NCBI GenBank assembly: GCA_032718475.1
Contig: JAUCBJ010002673.1
Location: 1-45,713 of the forward strand
Length of the DNA: 45,713 nt
Source of the DNA: Nemertoderma westbladi
Lineage: Eukaryota; Animalia; Xenacoelomorpha
Reading direction: 5' to 3'
In this document: positions 45,074 through 45,713 of the stretch, in pieces
Layout: each line of letters begins with the position of its first letter
Numbering within the stretch: the first letter of the stretch is position 1
Translations under genes and position numbers: made by a program
Notes under the pieces: generated by a model
What the model was told of the DNA's origin: nothing
Database searches by the model: none
Seen by the model: the letters and a program-made list of their open reading frames with translations, nothing else

Positions 45074-45713
45074 CACTCTCAGCATTGCCGCGAATAGGGG
45101 TTCATAATATGTGGCTGCATCCTCACCTGCACCTAGCTTGTCATATTCTAATCCCTGACAATACGACCTCGTTATTTGACGTTTTAACTACAAATTTTAA
45201 AAAGTGTCAAGCTTGAATCTGTTCATTTTATCTGATACTTACTGTTTATGTAATATTTTATCGAGTTTGTTAAGACCACCTTAAATGGATCACCTGGGAC
45301 ATGGCGCGTCCTTCACTTGTAGACAATAATGCCTGTCTCACCATATTTTATTCATGGCCCTGATTTTTGTCGCCATTATTGCTACGTGAATAATATAATT
45401 ACAAACTTATATGAGTGGCTTAGATAATTGCCCTTATATTTTACTATAAACAGAACCCACTACTAACTATTGGTGAAATTGTTTCTTGGTTCGACCATTT
45501 TAATATGAAAAAGCCTATGTATGTATATATAGTTTAACTGTGTCGTATTAGAACCTACTAATAATTATTGGTGAAATCGATCCTGTATATACTCTTCGTG
45601 TCACCATGTTGTTCAGTTTTTATTTGTGCCATAACTGTGAATATGGGTTTTACATAATTCAAATAATTATGATTAAAAGTGCCAGCCTGCCTGGTTTCTA
45701 TGTTGAAATGAAA

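Larger units (their letters stand above)
38235..45713 (+). mobile_element. Two-ORF APE-RT LINE (tentatively RTEX/Proto2-like); 3' end probably at or beyond the window edge
   Basis: 5' UTR, ORF1, intact ORF2 and AT-rich 3' UTR; clade assignment from motif style only. Confidence 0.8.

Overview
Eukaryotic (probably invertebrate metazoan) repeat nest with no confidently identifiable host gene. It holds two diverged members of one non-autonomous BEL/Pao LTR family. E1 (2555-14096) is intact, with 1195-bp LTRs and a CTAGG TSD. E2 (15337-27405) is decayed, with a truncated 5' LTR. Both encode Gag plus protease but no RT or integrase, carry long structured non-coding regions, and have a downstream accessory ORF. 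Also present: a CsRn1-type Gypsy element (minus strand), four copies of one RTE LINE family, a CRE-like RT fragment, a CR1/L2-like 3' end, a Penelope-type remnant with a minimal hammerhead ribozyme, and a large APE-RT LINE whose ORF1 has a 27-bp coding tandem array and a truncated Ulp1-like domain. The most striking signal is that the BEL/Pao elements have no tRNA-type PBS. The 11-13 nt abutting the 5' LTR are instead the exact reverse complement of a motif inside their own LTR, with a compensatory change between the two elements. This suggests Tf1-like self-priming in a BEL/Pao lineage. All comparisons were made by eye; no alignments, folding or database searches were run.
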